From Candidatus Sericytochromatia bacterium (lineage in GTDB: Bacteria > Cyanobacteriota > Sericytochromatia > S15B-MN24 > UBA4093): a DNA stretch of 54,512 nucleotides. The DNA is taken from contig JAKFCT010000037.1 in the NCBI GenBank assembly GCA_036676495.1, positions 1 through 54,512 on the forward strand. Direction: 5' to 3'. Below the pieces are notes generated by a model. That model saw only the letters and a program-made list of their open reading frames with translations, did no database searches and was not told the origin of the DNA. The position numbers and the translations under genes were made by a program. Shown piece after piece: positions 34,751 through 43,973 of this stretch (the stretch's first letter is position 1; every line of letters starts with the position of its first letter).

Positions 34751-35359
34751 CTAGTCCTTTCGACGCGCGATGAAACGAACGACCGATCCCAGGCCCTGGT
34801 GGAAGGGCCCCTCGTCGAGGGTCACGACCTCCTCCTCGGCCAGGACGATCTCGAAACCCTCGAAGGCATGGAGCAGCTCGTCGCGCGTGACCAGCATGTC
34901 CGGGTCCTTGGGGCCGCCACTCGTGTACTCCAGCTGCGCGGGGGTGAACAGCTCGCTCAGGAAGATGCCGCCCGGCTTCAAGGCCTGCCGGATCCGGGCG
35001 TAGAGGGCCTGGCGATCGCCGGAAGGCAAGTGGCAGAAGATGCTCACGATCCCGTTCCAGCGCGACGTCCCCAGATCCGCAGCCGTCACGTCCTCGAGGC
35101 GCTGAGAGACCAGCACCCCGCGTTCGGGGGCCAGGCGCGAGAGCTTGCGCATGCCTTCCTCGGAGGAGTCGACGGCCGTCACGTCATAGCCATACCGCGC
35201 GAGGAAGACCGCGTTGCGGCCCTCTCCCTCGCCCAGGCTCAGCACCCGCGCGCCCTTCGGAAAGACCAGATGGTGCTCCGCCAGGAAGGCGTTCGGCTCG
35301 CGGCCGTAGACATACTCCTCCTGGCCGAAGCGGGTATCCCAAAAATTCGTGTTGCTCAT
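34751..35359 (-). CDS. Class I SAM-dependent methyltransferase
   Basis: FWD.RF...YVYGREPN, LGEGEGRNA, SGGP. Confidence 0.9.
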   Translation of the reverse strand: MSNTNFWDTRFGQEEYVYGREPNAFLAEHHLVFPKGARVLSLGEGEGRNAVFLARYGYDVTAVDSSEEGMRKLSRLAPERGVLVSQRLEDVTAADLGTSRWNGIVSIFCHLPSGDRQALYARIRQALKPGGIFLSELFTPAQLEYTSGGPKDPDMLVTRDELLHAFEGFEIVLAEEEVVTLDEGPFHQGLGSVVRFIARRKD

Positions 35360-35450
35360 GGTCCTCCTCCTCTTTGCATCAGGGTACCAAGAAAGCCAAA
35401 AAGCGGCGAGGCCCAAGCCCAACCTCGAAAAGCGCTCCAGGAAGCGAGCG

Positions 35451-35480
35451 TTGACTTACCATACCCCCCTAGGGTATAAA
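35451..35480 (+). promoter_or_regulatory. Sigma70-type promoter overlapping a CsoR/CstR-type operator
   Basis: TTGACT-18nt-TATAAA with ATACCCCCCTAGGGTAT at 35461-35477. Confidence 0.8.
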
Positions 35481-35597
35481 AATAGCCAACCGAGATCCGT
35501 AGGAACTACGGAGAGCGAATCCTCCGCTCCTGGCGCCCGCAGCGTTTGCTCAGCCGCTGCCCTGAAACCCCGTCACCCGTTTTAAGGAGTTTTCAGT

Positions 35598-36737
35598 ATG
35601 TCCCCGATCTCAACCGAACTCGACGCCCGCTCGCTCTACGCCCGCCTCAACCGCGGCGACGACATCGTGATCCTCGATGTCCGCAATGCGGAGGAGTTCA
35701 AGCTCGGCGCGATCGAAGGCCGTCACGCCGTCCCCCAGGTCAACGTCCCCTACTTCGACTTCATCGAGGACGAAGACGCCGCCCTCGCCAAGCTCCCCTT
35801 CACCCGCGAGCAGGAGATCGTCGTCGTCTGCGCCAAGGGCGGATCCTCGGAGTTCGTCTCCGAGCTGCTGCGCGACGCCGGCTACCGCACCCTCAACCTG
35901 ATCGGCGGCATGCGCGACTGGAAGGACTTCTACGCCATCGAGGACCTCGTGCCTCCTACCGAGGACCTCCAGCTCGTCCAGTTCAACCGCCCCGCCAAGG
36001 CCTCGCTTTCCTACCTCGTCGCCTCCAAGGGCGAGGCGCTGATCGTCGACCCCAACCGCAACATCCAGCCCTACCTCGACGAGGCCGGGCGCCGGGGCCT
36101 CACGATCCGCCACGTCATGGACACCCACGTCCACGCCGACTACATCTCCGGCGGCGGCGCCCTCGCCCGGGCCACCGGCGCCCCCTATCACCTGAGCGGC
36201 AGTTGCGGCTTCGAGGGAGACCTGTCCACCGATGGACAGCCCGGCATGATCCCCCTGGGATCCGCCGCAGCCCTCAAGATCGCCACCCCCGGCCATACCC
36301 CCGGCTCCATGAGCCTCCTGGTCAACGAGACCTTCCTCCTCACCGGAGACACCGTCTTCGTCCACTCGGTCGGACGTCCTGACCTCGGAGGCCAGGCCGA
36401 GCCCTGGGCCAAGCAGCTCTACCACACCCTCATGATCAAGCTCGCCGGGTTGCCCGACGAAACCGTCGTCCTTCCCTCCCATTACTCCTGCCATCAGGAG
36501 ATGCGCGACGACTTCACCATCGCCGGCACGCTCGGCGAGATCCGCCGGCACAACGACGGCATGCAGGCCAAGAGCGAGGAGGAGTTCATCGCTTACATCA
36601 AGCGGAACATGCGCCCCTCCCCCGAGACCTACGCCCGCATCCGCCAGGTCAACCTCGCCGTCCTCCGCGTCGACGAGGCCGAGCTCTCCGAGCTGGACCT
36701 CGGCAAGAACGAGTGCGCCGCGAGCCAGAACCGTTAA
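35598..36737 (+). CDS. Rhodanese plus metallo-beta-lactamase fusion (persulfide dioxygenase/YrkH-like)
   Basis: LDVRN..EF, CAKGGSS; THVHAD, TPGHTPGS, GDTVF..GRPDL, LGKNECAA. Confidence 0.88.
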   Translation: MSPISTELDARSLYARLNRGDDIVILDVRNAEEFKLGAIEGRHAVPQVNVPYFDFIEDEDAALAKLPFTREQEIVVVCAKGGSSEFVSELLRDAGYRTLNLIGGMRDWKDFYAIEDLVPPTEDLQLVQFNRPAKASLSYLVASKGEALIVDPNRNIQPYLDEAGRRGLTIRHVMDTHVHADYISGGGALARATGAPYHLSGSCGFEGDLSTDGQPGMIPLGSAAALKIATPGHTPGSMSLLVNETFLLTGDTVFVHSVGRPDLGGQAEPWAKQLYHTLMIKLAGLPDETVVLPSHYSCHQEMRDDFTIAGTLGEIRRHNDGMQAKSEEEFIAYIKRNMRPSPETYARIRQVNLAVLRVDEAELSELDLGKNECAASQNR

Positions 36738-36766
36738 CGCTTCCCATCGATCGAAAGGATACCCCC

Positions 36767-37018
36767 ATGGCCAACGTCACCGAAACCAAGACCCTCGACG
36801 CCCAGGGCCTGAAGTGCCCCATGCCCATCGTCAAGGCCAAGAAGGAGCTCGACACCCTGAGCGCCGGCGAGATCCTCAAGGTCGTCGCCACCGACAAGGG
36901 CTCTTTGCTCGACTTCCAGGGCTGGGCCAAAACGGCCAAGACCGCCAAGCTGCTCGGGCAGGAAACCCTCAATGAAAATGGCCGCGAGCTCTACGTTCAC
37001 TACGTCGAGCGGGTATAA
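36767..37018 (+). CDS. tusA: Sulfurtransferase TusA family
   Basis: LDAQGLKCPMPIV, ATDKGS..D. Confidence 0.9.
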   Translation: MANVTETKTLDAQGLKCPMPIVKAKKELDTLSAGEILKVVATDKGSLLDFQGWAKTAKTAKLLGQETLNENGRELYVHYVERV

Positions 37019-37028
37019 GGAGGAGGAG

Positions 37029-37628
37029 ATGAGCGAGATGACCACCGCTCCGGCGGATCTGAACGCCCTCAAGGACATGCTCGCCGGCCTCGATCGCCGC
37101 ATGAGCACCCTCGAGGCCACCATGGAGCGCGAGCTCTCCGCGATCAAGGAGCAGCTGCCCGAGGACAAGGCCGCGATCATCGTCTTCTCCGGAGACCTCG
37201 ACAAGATGATCGCCGCCCACATCATCGCGACCGGGGCGGCTGCCATGGGGCTGGAGACCACCTTGTTCTTCACCTTCTGGGGGCTCAACGCCCTCAAGGA
37301 GCGCCGGACGCTGGAAGGCAAGAACCTCTTCGAGCGGATGATGGCCCTCATGACGCCCACCGGCTCCAAGGAGCTCCATCCCTCCCAGATGGCCTTCATG
37401 GGGGCCGGCGCCGCCATGCTCCGCATGATGATGAAGGAGAAGGAGATCGCCTCCCTCGAGGACCTCATGGCCCTCGCCCAGGAGATGGGCGTGCGGACCG
37501 TGGCCTGCGACATGAGCATGGACGTCATGGGCATTCGCCAGGACGAGCTGCGCGCGGGCGTCGAACTGGGAGGAGTCGCCTCCTTCCTCGCCGAGGCCTC
37601 CAGAGCGCGCGTCTCCCTGTTCATCTAG
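37029..37628 (+). CDS. DsrE/DsrF/DrsH-like (DrsE_2) protein
   Basis: IIVFSGDLDK, LFFTFWGL, ACDMSMDVMG. Confidence 0.9.
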   Translation: MSEMTTAPADLNALKDMLAGLDRRMSTLEATMERELSAIKEQLPEDKAAIIVFSGDLDKMIAAHIIATGAAAMGLETTLFFTFWGLNALKERRTLEGKNLFERMMALMTPTGSKELHPSQMAFMGAGAAMLRMMMKEKEIASLEDLMALAQEMGVRTVACDMSMDVMGIRQDELRAGVELGGVASFLAEASRARVSLFI

Positions 37629-37658
37629 CGTTCCCGGCAATCGGTAAAGGAAACCCAC

Positions 37659-38672
37659 ATGGCCACCCAAACCCTGAAACCCTCCGTCACCCTCCAGCGC
37701 CTGCCGGGAACCGTCCTGGCTCTCGTCTTGGCCGTCGCGAGCTACTGGCTCGCGACCCTCCCGGGACTGAAGATCATGGGGGCCCTCACGGTGGCCCTCG
37801 TGATCGGGATCCTCTGGAGAGCCACGGCGGGACTGCCGGCCGTGGCGATTCCCGGCACCAGGTTCACCTCGCGCACCCTCCTGCGGCTCGGCATCGTGCT
37901 CATGGGCGCCCGGCTCGACTTCGGGCTGGTCGCCCAGGCGGGCCCCAAGATCCTCTTCCTGGACATCGTGATGATCACCGTGGGCATCGCCGGGATCTAC
38001 GCGATCGCCAAGCGCTTCGGAGTGCCCGCCAAGCTCGGCATGCTCATGGCCGTGGGCACGTCCATCTGCGGAGCCTCCGCGGTGGCCGCCGCGTCCTCGG
38101 TCACCAAGGCCGACGAGGACGAGGTGACGCTCGCGGTCGCCTTGATGGGCATCCTCGGCACCCTGGGAGTCCTCTTCTACGTCTTCGCAGGCCCCTTCCT
38201 GGGGCTGACGACCATGCAGCTGGCCGTGCTCTCGGGCTCCACCCTCCACGAGGTGGCCCAGGTCATGGCCGCCGCCTTCACCTGGGGCAACGAAACCGGC
38301 GACATGGGCACCCTCGTCAAGCTGACGCGCGTGGTGCTGCTCGCTCCTGCCCTGATCGCCCTCGGCCTGATCAGTGGAGGGGGAGCGAAGATGTCGTACA
38401 CTTGGAAGGAGCCTCCCATTCCCTGGTTCGTGATCGGTTTCCTGGCCGTTGGCGTGATCGGGTCGATCGGCCTGATCCCTGGCGACGCCAAGACCTGGCT
38501 CTCCAACGCTTCCGTCTTTTTGATGGTCATGGCCATGGCGGCCATGGGGCTCAACACCCAGCTGGGGATGATCCGCAAGGCCGGCATGCGCGTGATCTAC
38601 GCGGGGCTCGCAGGCTTTGGCATGCTGGCCGCGACCAGCTACGCGATCATCCGGATCCTGAACATCCAGTAG
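37659..38672 (+). CDS. YeiH/UPF0324 putative sulfur-compound exporter
   Basis: LLRLGIVLMG, GTSICGASA, TLHEVAQV, VKLTRV, AMAAMGL. Confidence 0.92.
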   Translation: MATQTLKPSVTLQRLPGTVLALVLAVASYWLATLPGLKIMGALTVALVIGILWRATAGLPAVAIPGTRFTSRTLLRLGIVLMGARLDFGLVAQAGPKILFLDIVMITVGIAGIYAIAKRFGVPAKLGMLMAVGTSICGASAVAAASSVTKADEDEVTLAVALMGILGTLGVLFYVFAGPFLGLTTMQLAVLSGSTLHEVAQVMAAAFTWGNETGDMGTLVKLTRVVLLAPALIALGLISGGGAKMSYTWKEPPIPWFVIGFLAVGVIGSIGLIPGDAKTWLSNASVFLMVMAMAAMGLNTQLGMIRKAGMRVIYAGLAGFGMLAATSYAIIRILNIQ

Positions 38673-38728
38673 AGTGCCTGCGGACCGTCTGGGGCGGCCA
38701 CCGGGGCGACCTCGGAAAGGAGTCCCGA

Positions 38729-39526
38729 ATGCGCTGGCCCTTCCTCGTCCCGGTCCTCTTCCTGCTCGCCGCCTGCCGGCCGGATGCCGAGCCTTCGACC
38801 GGCGTCCCCTTCTCGCCTCCGTCCGAGGCAAACATTCCCCAGGATGCGCGCGGCGAGGAAATCCGCCACGGCATGCAGCTGGTGAAAGCGACCCGAGCCC
38901 ACCTCCCCGAGCACGTCGGCAACGCGCTGAGCTGTACGAGCTGCCACCTGGAGGCGGGCCGGAAACCCAAGGCGGCTCCCTTCGTGGGCGTCTATGCCGC
39001 CTTTCCGCAGTACCGCGCCCGCAACGCGCGGGTCGACACCCTCGAGGATCGCATCAACGATTGCTTCCAGCGCAGCCTCGACGGCAAGCCGCTCTCCAGG
39101 GACTCCCGCGACATGCGCGCCATGGTCGCCTACATGGCCTGGCTCTCGGAGGGCGTGCCTGTCGGCAAGCAGCCGGAGGGAAGCGGGATTCCCCGGATCA
39201 AGTCCCGCCGGAAGCCCGACCCGGAAGCCGGAAAAACGCTCTACGCCCGCTCTTGCGCGCAGTGCCACGGCCAGGATGGGCAGGGCATGGGCGCTTTCCC
39301 TCCGCTCTGGGGAGCGGAGTCCTTCAACCTGGGGGCCGGCATGGCCCGCTTGAACACGGCGGCGGCGTTCATCAAGTGGAACATGCCGCTCGGCCAGGGC
39401 GGAAGCCTCAGCAACGAGGAGGCTTACGACGTCGCGGCCTTCGTCCTCTCGCATGAGCGGCCGGACTATGCCGGCAAGCAGCTCGATTGGCCCAAGGGAG
39501 GCAAGCCGGGGGACGCTCCCTACTGA
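38729..39526 (+). CDS. tsdA: Diheme cytochrome c thiosulfate dehydrogenase (lipoprotein)
   Basis: CTSCH and CAQCH; active-site RINDCFQRS; PPLWG..SFNLGAGMAR; NMP; lipobox LAAC. Confidence 0.85.
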   Translation: MRWPFLVPVLFLLAACRPDAEPSTGVPFSPPSEANIPQDARGEEIRHGMQLVKATRAHLPEHVGNALSCTSCHLEAGRKPKAAPFVGVYAAFPQYRARNARVDTLEDRINDCFQRSLDGKPLSRDSRDMRAMVAYMAWLSEGVPVGKQPEGSGIPRIKSRRKPDPEAGKTLYARSCAQCHGQDGQGMGAFPPLWGAESFNLGAGMARLNTAAAFIKWNMPLGQGGSLSNEEAYDVAAFVLSHERPDYAGKQLDWPKGGKPGDAPY

Positions 39527-39610
39527 TCGCTAGATGGGCAAGCCGGAACAGGGGGCAGCCAGAAAAGAAGGGGCCGTCTCACGGTCGTGAGACGGCCCCG
39601 GAATCATCCT

Positions 39611-39856
39611 CTAGCGCTTGCAGAGCAGCTGGATGGTCTTGGTCATCTGCGTCTTGATCTCTTCGGGAGGAAGCTTGGTGAAGCAGTGCTCCATCTGAGA
39701 CTCGACCAGATCGCTGGTCACCCGATCCAAGGCGGCCTTCGCGGCCATGATCTGCGTCAGGATCTCATCGCACTGCCGCTCTTCGGTGATCATGCGCTGC
39801 AAACCCTTGACCTGTCCCTCGATCCGGCGCAGGTTCTGGAGAATTTTTTCGCTCAT
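39611..39856 (-). CDS. CsoR/RcnR family regulator, CstR-like
   Basis: LRRIEGQVKGLQRM...CDEILTQIMA...ESQMEHC. Confidence 0.88.
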   Translation of the reverse strand: MSEKILQNLRRIEGQVKGLQRMITEERQCDEILTQIMAAKAALDRVTSDLVESQMEHCFTKLPPEEIKTQMTKTIQLLCKR

Positions 39857-39903
39857 CAGGGTGGCCCTCCTTTCCGAAGTATACCCCCTGACCTTGGCCG
39901 TGC

Positions 39904-40224
39904 CTAGCGCTCGACGGGGCCCCGCCAGCCGATCATGCCGCCCGTCAGGTTCTTCACGCGGTAGCCGGCGGCCTGCAGCTGCTGGCATGCCGCCGTGCTC
40001 CGGCCCCCGCTGCGGCAGACCACGATGACCTCGCCCTCCGAGGGAATCTCCGCCATCCGTCCCGGCAGCGTGCCCAAGGGGATGAGGCGCGACCCCGGGA
40101 TATGCCCCTCGGCATACTCGTCCGGCTCGCGCACGTCGACGATCACCGGCGCTTCCGACTTGCCGAGCAGCTCGGCCACTTCCAGCGACGAAACCTGGGC
40201 AACCTGAGGACCCAATCCAAACAT
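39904..40224 (-). CDS. Single-domain rhodanese
   Basis: VDVREPDEY..GHIPG, CRSGGRS, NLTGGMIGW. Confidence 0.93.
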   Translation of the reverse strand: MFGLGPQVAQVSSLEVAELLGKSEAPVIVDVREPDEYAEGHIPGSRLIPLGTLPGRMAEIPSEGEVIVVCRSGGRSTAACQQLQAAGYRVKNLTGGMIGWRGPVER

Positions 40225-40319
40225 CTGACTCTCCTTTGCGGTCCAGGACCGCCGAAACGCCTTCACGTCGAGCCGAGGCCGATCTGCGGGTCGACATGCC
40301 CCGCATGCAGTGGGAGGCC

Positions 40320-40365
40320 ATATACCCCCTAGGGGTATATTAGAGGGCCGTCCCCCTTCCGTCAA
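40320..40365 (-). promoter_or_regulatory. Promoter with CsoR/CstR-type operator for rhodanese-cstR
   Basis: ATATACCCCCTAGGGGTATAT palindrome 40320-40340; TTGACG-17nt-TAATAT on minus strand. Confidence 0.85.
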
Positions 40366-40451
40366 GCCCCCGGCGATCCGGGCGAAGGCTCGCAAAAACG
40401 AAGGCCCTCGGTGGCTGTTCCACCGAAGGCCTCCGCGTTGGCGGCGTCTAT

Positions 40452-40982
40452 TTAGAGGACGGCCTTGACGGCCTTCTCCAGGGTTTCCTCGCTGATCATG
40501 CCGACCCACTTCTGGGAGATCCGGCCGTCCCGGTCAATCAGGAAGGAGGTCGGAATCCCGCGGATTCCCCCGTAGCTCTTGGTCACGTCCCGGTTGCCCA
40601 GGACCAGGGGATACGAGATGCCGTACTCCTTGGCGAACGGAGCCACCACCTTCGCGCCGCCCTCGTCCATCGCGATGCCGATGATCTCGAAGCCCTTGGC
40701 GTTCAGGGAGTTGCGGACCTTGATAAAGTCGGGAATCTCCTCCCGGCACGGCGGGCACCAGGTCGCCCAGAAGTTCACGAGGACGACCTTGCCCTTGTAA
40801 TCCGAGAGCTTCAGCGACGAGCCCCCCGCCAAAGTGGGAAGGGTGAAGTCCGGGGCGCTGGGACCGGTCGCCGCGAAGGCCGCCTCGCCCTGCGAGAGCG
40901 GATTGCCCGAGAAGGTGAGGTACGCGGTGGTTCCCGCGGCGGCCACGAGCGCGGCCATGATCCATGCGGTCGGCTTTTTCAT
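40452..40982 (-). CDS. TlpA/ResA family thiol-disulfide oxidoreductase (copy 2)
   Basis: NFWATWCPPCREEIP; YGGIRGIPTSFLID. Confidence 0.93.
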   Translation of the reverse strand: MKKPTAWIMAALVAAAGTTAYLTFSGNPLSQGEAAFAATGPSAPDFTLPTLAGGSSLKLSDYKGKVVLVNFWATWCPPCREEIPDFIKVRNSLNAKGFEIIGIAMDEGGAKVVAPFAKEYGISYPLVLGNRDVTKSYGGIRGIPTSFLIDRDGRISQKWVGMISEETLEKAVKAVL

Positions 40983-41206
40983 CCGTGATCCTTTCCATCA
41001 GCGAGTCGTCAGCACGCTGTGTTTGCTCAGACGAGGCCACGCCGAAATGACGAAGGCGATTCCTATCTTACCCCAAGGACGTGGCCCCTTTCACGGGCCG
41101 CCGGCATGGAAGCCGGATCGCCCGCCCCCTCTAGAAGCGATTCGCCAGGCGGTTTGCCGGGTATGGGATCAAGAGCAATCTCTCGCTTCCTTCCCGGAGG
41201 GCTCCC

Positions 41207-42373
41207 ATGCGCATCTCGAACGTCGGCGATTGGCTTCCCAAGCCCACGCAGCCCAACTCCACGCAACCTGCGATCAAGACGGGTGAGCTGCGGGTCGCCG
41301 AGTCCCGGATCTTCAAGCCCAAGCTCGATCAGCTGCGCGTCGCCATGGAGATGCCGGAGATCCTCAACGGGCCCGGGATCGCGCTCGGGATCATGGACAA
41401 CAAGTCCCGCCTTTCGGAGTTCCGCGCCCTCTCCGACGTGAAGCTCTCGACCGGCATCACCTTCGACAAGGACGGCGCCCCCCAGATCGCGGACGTGCCC
41501 CACCCGGCCAGCACGCCGGAAAAACCCGTCAACTGGGACCCCTTCACCTACATGCCGCGCTTCGTCTTCGAGCAAGGCGAGGATGCGCTTCCGGTCTCGC
41601 CGTCCTTCGACGGCGATGCCGACGTGAACAACGACGCCCCCAAGGAAGCCAACGGCACGGGCGGCAGCTACCGGGACGGCGTGATCGGCGGCAAGCAAGC
41701 CCTCAACGGCGGCTTTGCGGTCTCCGAGAAGGGCGAGTACACGGTCCTCACCTACAGCTTCTACTTCGCCACCAACAAGGCGGGCCACTACCACGGCAAG
41801 GACTGGAGCCACGCGCAGGTCTACCTCAAGCCGGACGAGAAGGGCGAGCTCAAGCCCGAGTTCGTCTACAGCTCCTGGCATCACGGAGGCATCCTGACGC
41901 CCTGGGACGACATCAAGAAGGACGCGCAGGGCAAACCCGTCCTCGAGGTCCAGCTCGGCAGCCACGCGGTCGCTCCGCTGGGCAAGAACCAGCCCATCCC
42001 GACGAAGGGATTGCAGATCCAAGGGGACGGTCAGGCCCTCATGGACGGCAAGGCCATCCCGCATGCGCTCACCTGGGACACCTTCCAGGGGAACGTGACC
42101 AACGCCAAGCAGCTAGAGCCCGGCACCGACGCGTTCACGGCGCGCATGCTGACGATGCGCTACGGCCGGGTGGCGTTCGACCCGATCATGCCGGAGGTCT
42201 TCTTCCAGGAAGGCGGGATCGGCAAGGCCATGCTATCGAAGGCCGAGCCGGTCGTGGACGCCGTCACGGACAAGGTGAAGGGCCTGGGGCAGAAGGTGGC
42301 GGAAACCGTCAGCAACCTGACGAAAGACCTCACGACGTCCGCCAAGTCGCTCTGGCAGTCGGTCTTCAACTAA
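41207..42373 (+). CDS. Hypothetical protein with Vps62/NPP1-like domain
   Basis: YSFYF..N...H.HGKDWSH..VYL, VYSSWHHGG, W, P.LEV.LGSHA. Confidence 0.6.
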   Translation: MRISNVGDWLPKPTQPNSTQPAIKTGELRVAESRIFKPKLDQLRVAMEMPEILNGPGIALGIMDNKSRLSEFRALSDVKLSTGITFDKDGAPQIADVPHPASTPEKPVNWDPFTYMPRFVFEQGEDALPVSPSFDGDADVNNDAPKEANGTGGSYRDGVIGGKQALNGGFAVSEKGEYTVLTYSFYFATNKAGHYHGKDWSHAQVYLKPDEKGELKPEFVYSSWHHGGILTPWDDIKKDAQGKPVLEVQLGSHAVAPLGKNQPIPTKGLQIQGDGQALMDGKAIPHALTWDTFQGNVTNAKQLEPGTDAFTARMLTMRYGRVAFDPIMPEVFFQEGGIGKAMLSKAEPVVDAVTDKVKGLGQKVAETVSNLTKDLTTSAKSLWQSVFN

Positions 42374-42417
42374 CCCGCTTAGCCTCCAAAACCCGCTTAG
42401 CCTCCAAAACCTGCTTA
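42373..42417. repeat. 18-bp tandem repeat x2.5 between convergent stops
   Basis: acccgcttagcctccaaa twice plus acctgctta. Confidence 0.85.
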
Positions 42418-43206
42418 TTCTCCCACCTTGCTCAAGAGGCCCCGCTGCTTCACCTGGGCGAAGGTCGCGTAGAAGAACCCCACCGATCCGAGAACATAGA
42501 CCAGATTGAGGCCCGTCGCCCAGGCGAGATGGGCCGTTGAAAGGCCGTGGCCGCCGATCACGGCGCGCATGCCCTCGAAGACATGGGAGGAGGGGATGAG
42601 CTTGGCGATCGCCTGCATCCAGGGCGGCAGCACCGAGACGGGATAGAAGACCGCCGAAAAGGGCTGGAAGAGGAAGGCCAGGACCCAGGCCAGGCTTTCG
42701 GCTGCTTGGCCGAAGCGAAGCACCAGGGCCGTGGTGAAGACTCCCAGAGACCAGCCGAACAAGAGCAAGTTCGCGACGAAGGGAAAGAGGTTGGCTCCCA
42801 GCGACAGGATGTTGAACTGGTAGAAGATGATGGCGAGCCCGGCCATGGTGAAGGCGGCCACGGTGAGCTTGCCGAGGCTGATGATCACGGTGGCGAGCAG
42901 GAACTCGGCGACGGTCAGGGGGCTCACGAAGAGGTTCATGAGGTTGCGGCTCCAGACCTCCTCGAGGTAGGTGACCGAGATGCCCTGCTGCGCGCGGAAG
43001 AGGATGTCCCAGAGGATCAAGGCCCCGATGAAGAAGGCGACGAAGTTGGGGACGGAGGTTCCGAATCGCTGGAGGTAGACCGAGACGAAGCCCCAGACCA
43101 GGAGATCGAGCAGCGGCCAGTAGATCAGCTCCATCAGGCGCATGGGGCTGCGCCGGTAGGTGTAGAGGTGGCGGGTGATGAGGGCGAGGACGCGATGCGC
43201 TTTCAT
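42415..43206 (-). CDS. ABC-2 type transporter permease
   Basis: Six hydrophobic segments; FSAVFYPVSVLPPWMQ. Confidence 0.92.
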   Translation of the reverse strand: MKAHRVLALITRHLYTYRRSPMRLMELIYWPLLDLLVWGFVSVYLQRFGTSVPNFVAFFIGALILWDILFRAQQGISVTYLEEVWSRNLMNLFVSPLTVAEFLLATVIISLGKLTVAAFTMAGLAIIFYQFNILSLGANLFPFVANLLLFGWSLGVFTTALVLRFGQAAESLAWVLAFLFQPFSAVFYPVSVLPPWMQAIAKLIPSSHVFEGMRAVIGGHGLSTAHLAWATGLNLVYVLGSVGFFYATFAQVKQRGLLSKVGE

Positions 43207-43211
43207 GGGGG

Positions 43212-43952
43212 CTAGCCTTCCAGGTGGCCGCGGGCGATCTTGAGGAAGAGCTCCTCGAGGTCCTCGGCCTGGAAGCGGGCGATCAGCTCATCGGGAGTGC
43301 CGATGGCGAGAACGCGGCCGCGGCTGAGGAAGACGACGCGGTCGGACATCTCTTGCATCTCGGCCATGTTATGGGAGGTGTAAAGGATCGAGAGCTGGCG
43401 TTCGGCTCGAAGGCGCTTGAGGAGTTGGCGGATCTGGTCGGCGGTGTCGGGGTCGAGGCTGGCGGTGGGCTCGTCGAGGAAGAGCAGCTCGGGGTCGTTG
43501 AGGAGGGCCTTGGCGAGGTGGAGGCGGGTGAGCTGCCCCGAGGAGAGCTGTTTGGTCGGGCGGTTGGCGAGGTCCTGGAGGTTGAGCAGCTCCATGACGG
43601 CGTCGACGCGGGAGACGCGGGGGTTGACTCCGTAGAGGCGGGCGAAGACGTCGAGGTTTTCGCGGACGCTCAGGGTGTAGGGCAAGGAGACGTAGGTCGA
43701 GGAGAAGTTGACGCGCTGGAGGATGGCCTCGCGGTGGGGGGCGAAGGCCATGCCGAAGATCCGGATCGTGCCGGCGGTGGGCGTGATGAGGCCCAGGAGC
43801 ATCTGGAGGGTGGTGGTCTTGCCGGCCCCGTTGGGGCCCAGCAAGCCCAGGATCTCGCCGCGATCGAGGGTGAAGCTGACGTCATCGACGGCGAGGAACT
43901 CGCCGAAGGCCTTGCGTAAGTGCTGGACCTCGAGAACCGGGCGCGAGGCCAT
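43212..43952 (-). CDS. ABC transporter ATP-binding protein
   Basis: GPNGAGKTT, LSSGQ, LFLDEPT, SHNM. Confidence 0.96.
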   Translation of the reverse strand: MASRPVLEVQHLRKAFGEFLAVDDVSFTLDRGEILGLLGPNGAGKTTTLQMLLGLITPTAGTIRIFGMAFAPHREAILQRVNFSSTYVSLPYTLSVRENLDVFARLYGVNPRVSRVDAVMELLNLQDLANRPTKQLSSGQLTRLHLAKALLNDPELLFLDEPTASLDPDTADQIRQLLKRLRAERQLSILYTSHNMAEMQEMSDRVVFLSRGRVLAIGTPDELIARFQAEDLEELFLKIARGHLEG

Positions 43953-43973
43953 CCCCGTCTCGGCCCCCTCCGG

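Noticed and set aside
36121-36145. THVHADY instead of THxHADH in the MBL domain as an inactivating change
   Set aside because: That His is not an iron ligand in persulfide dioxygenases and aromatic substitutions are tolerated
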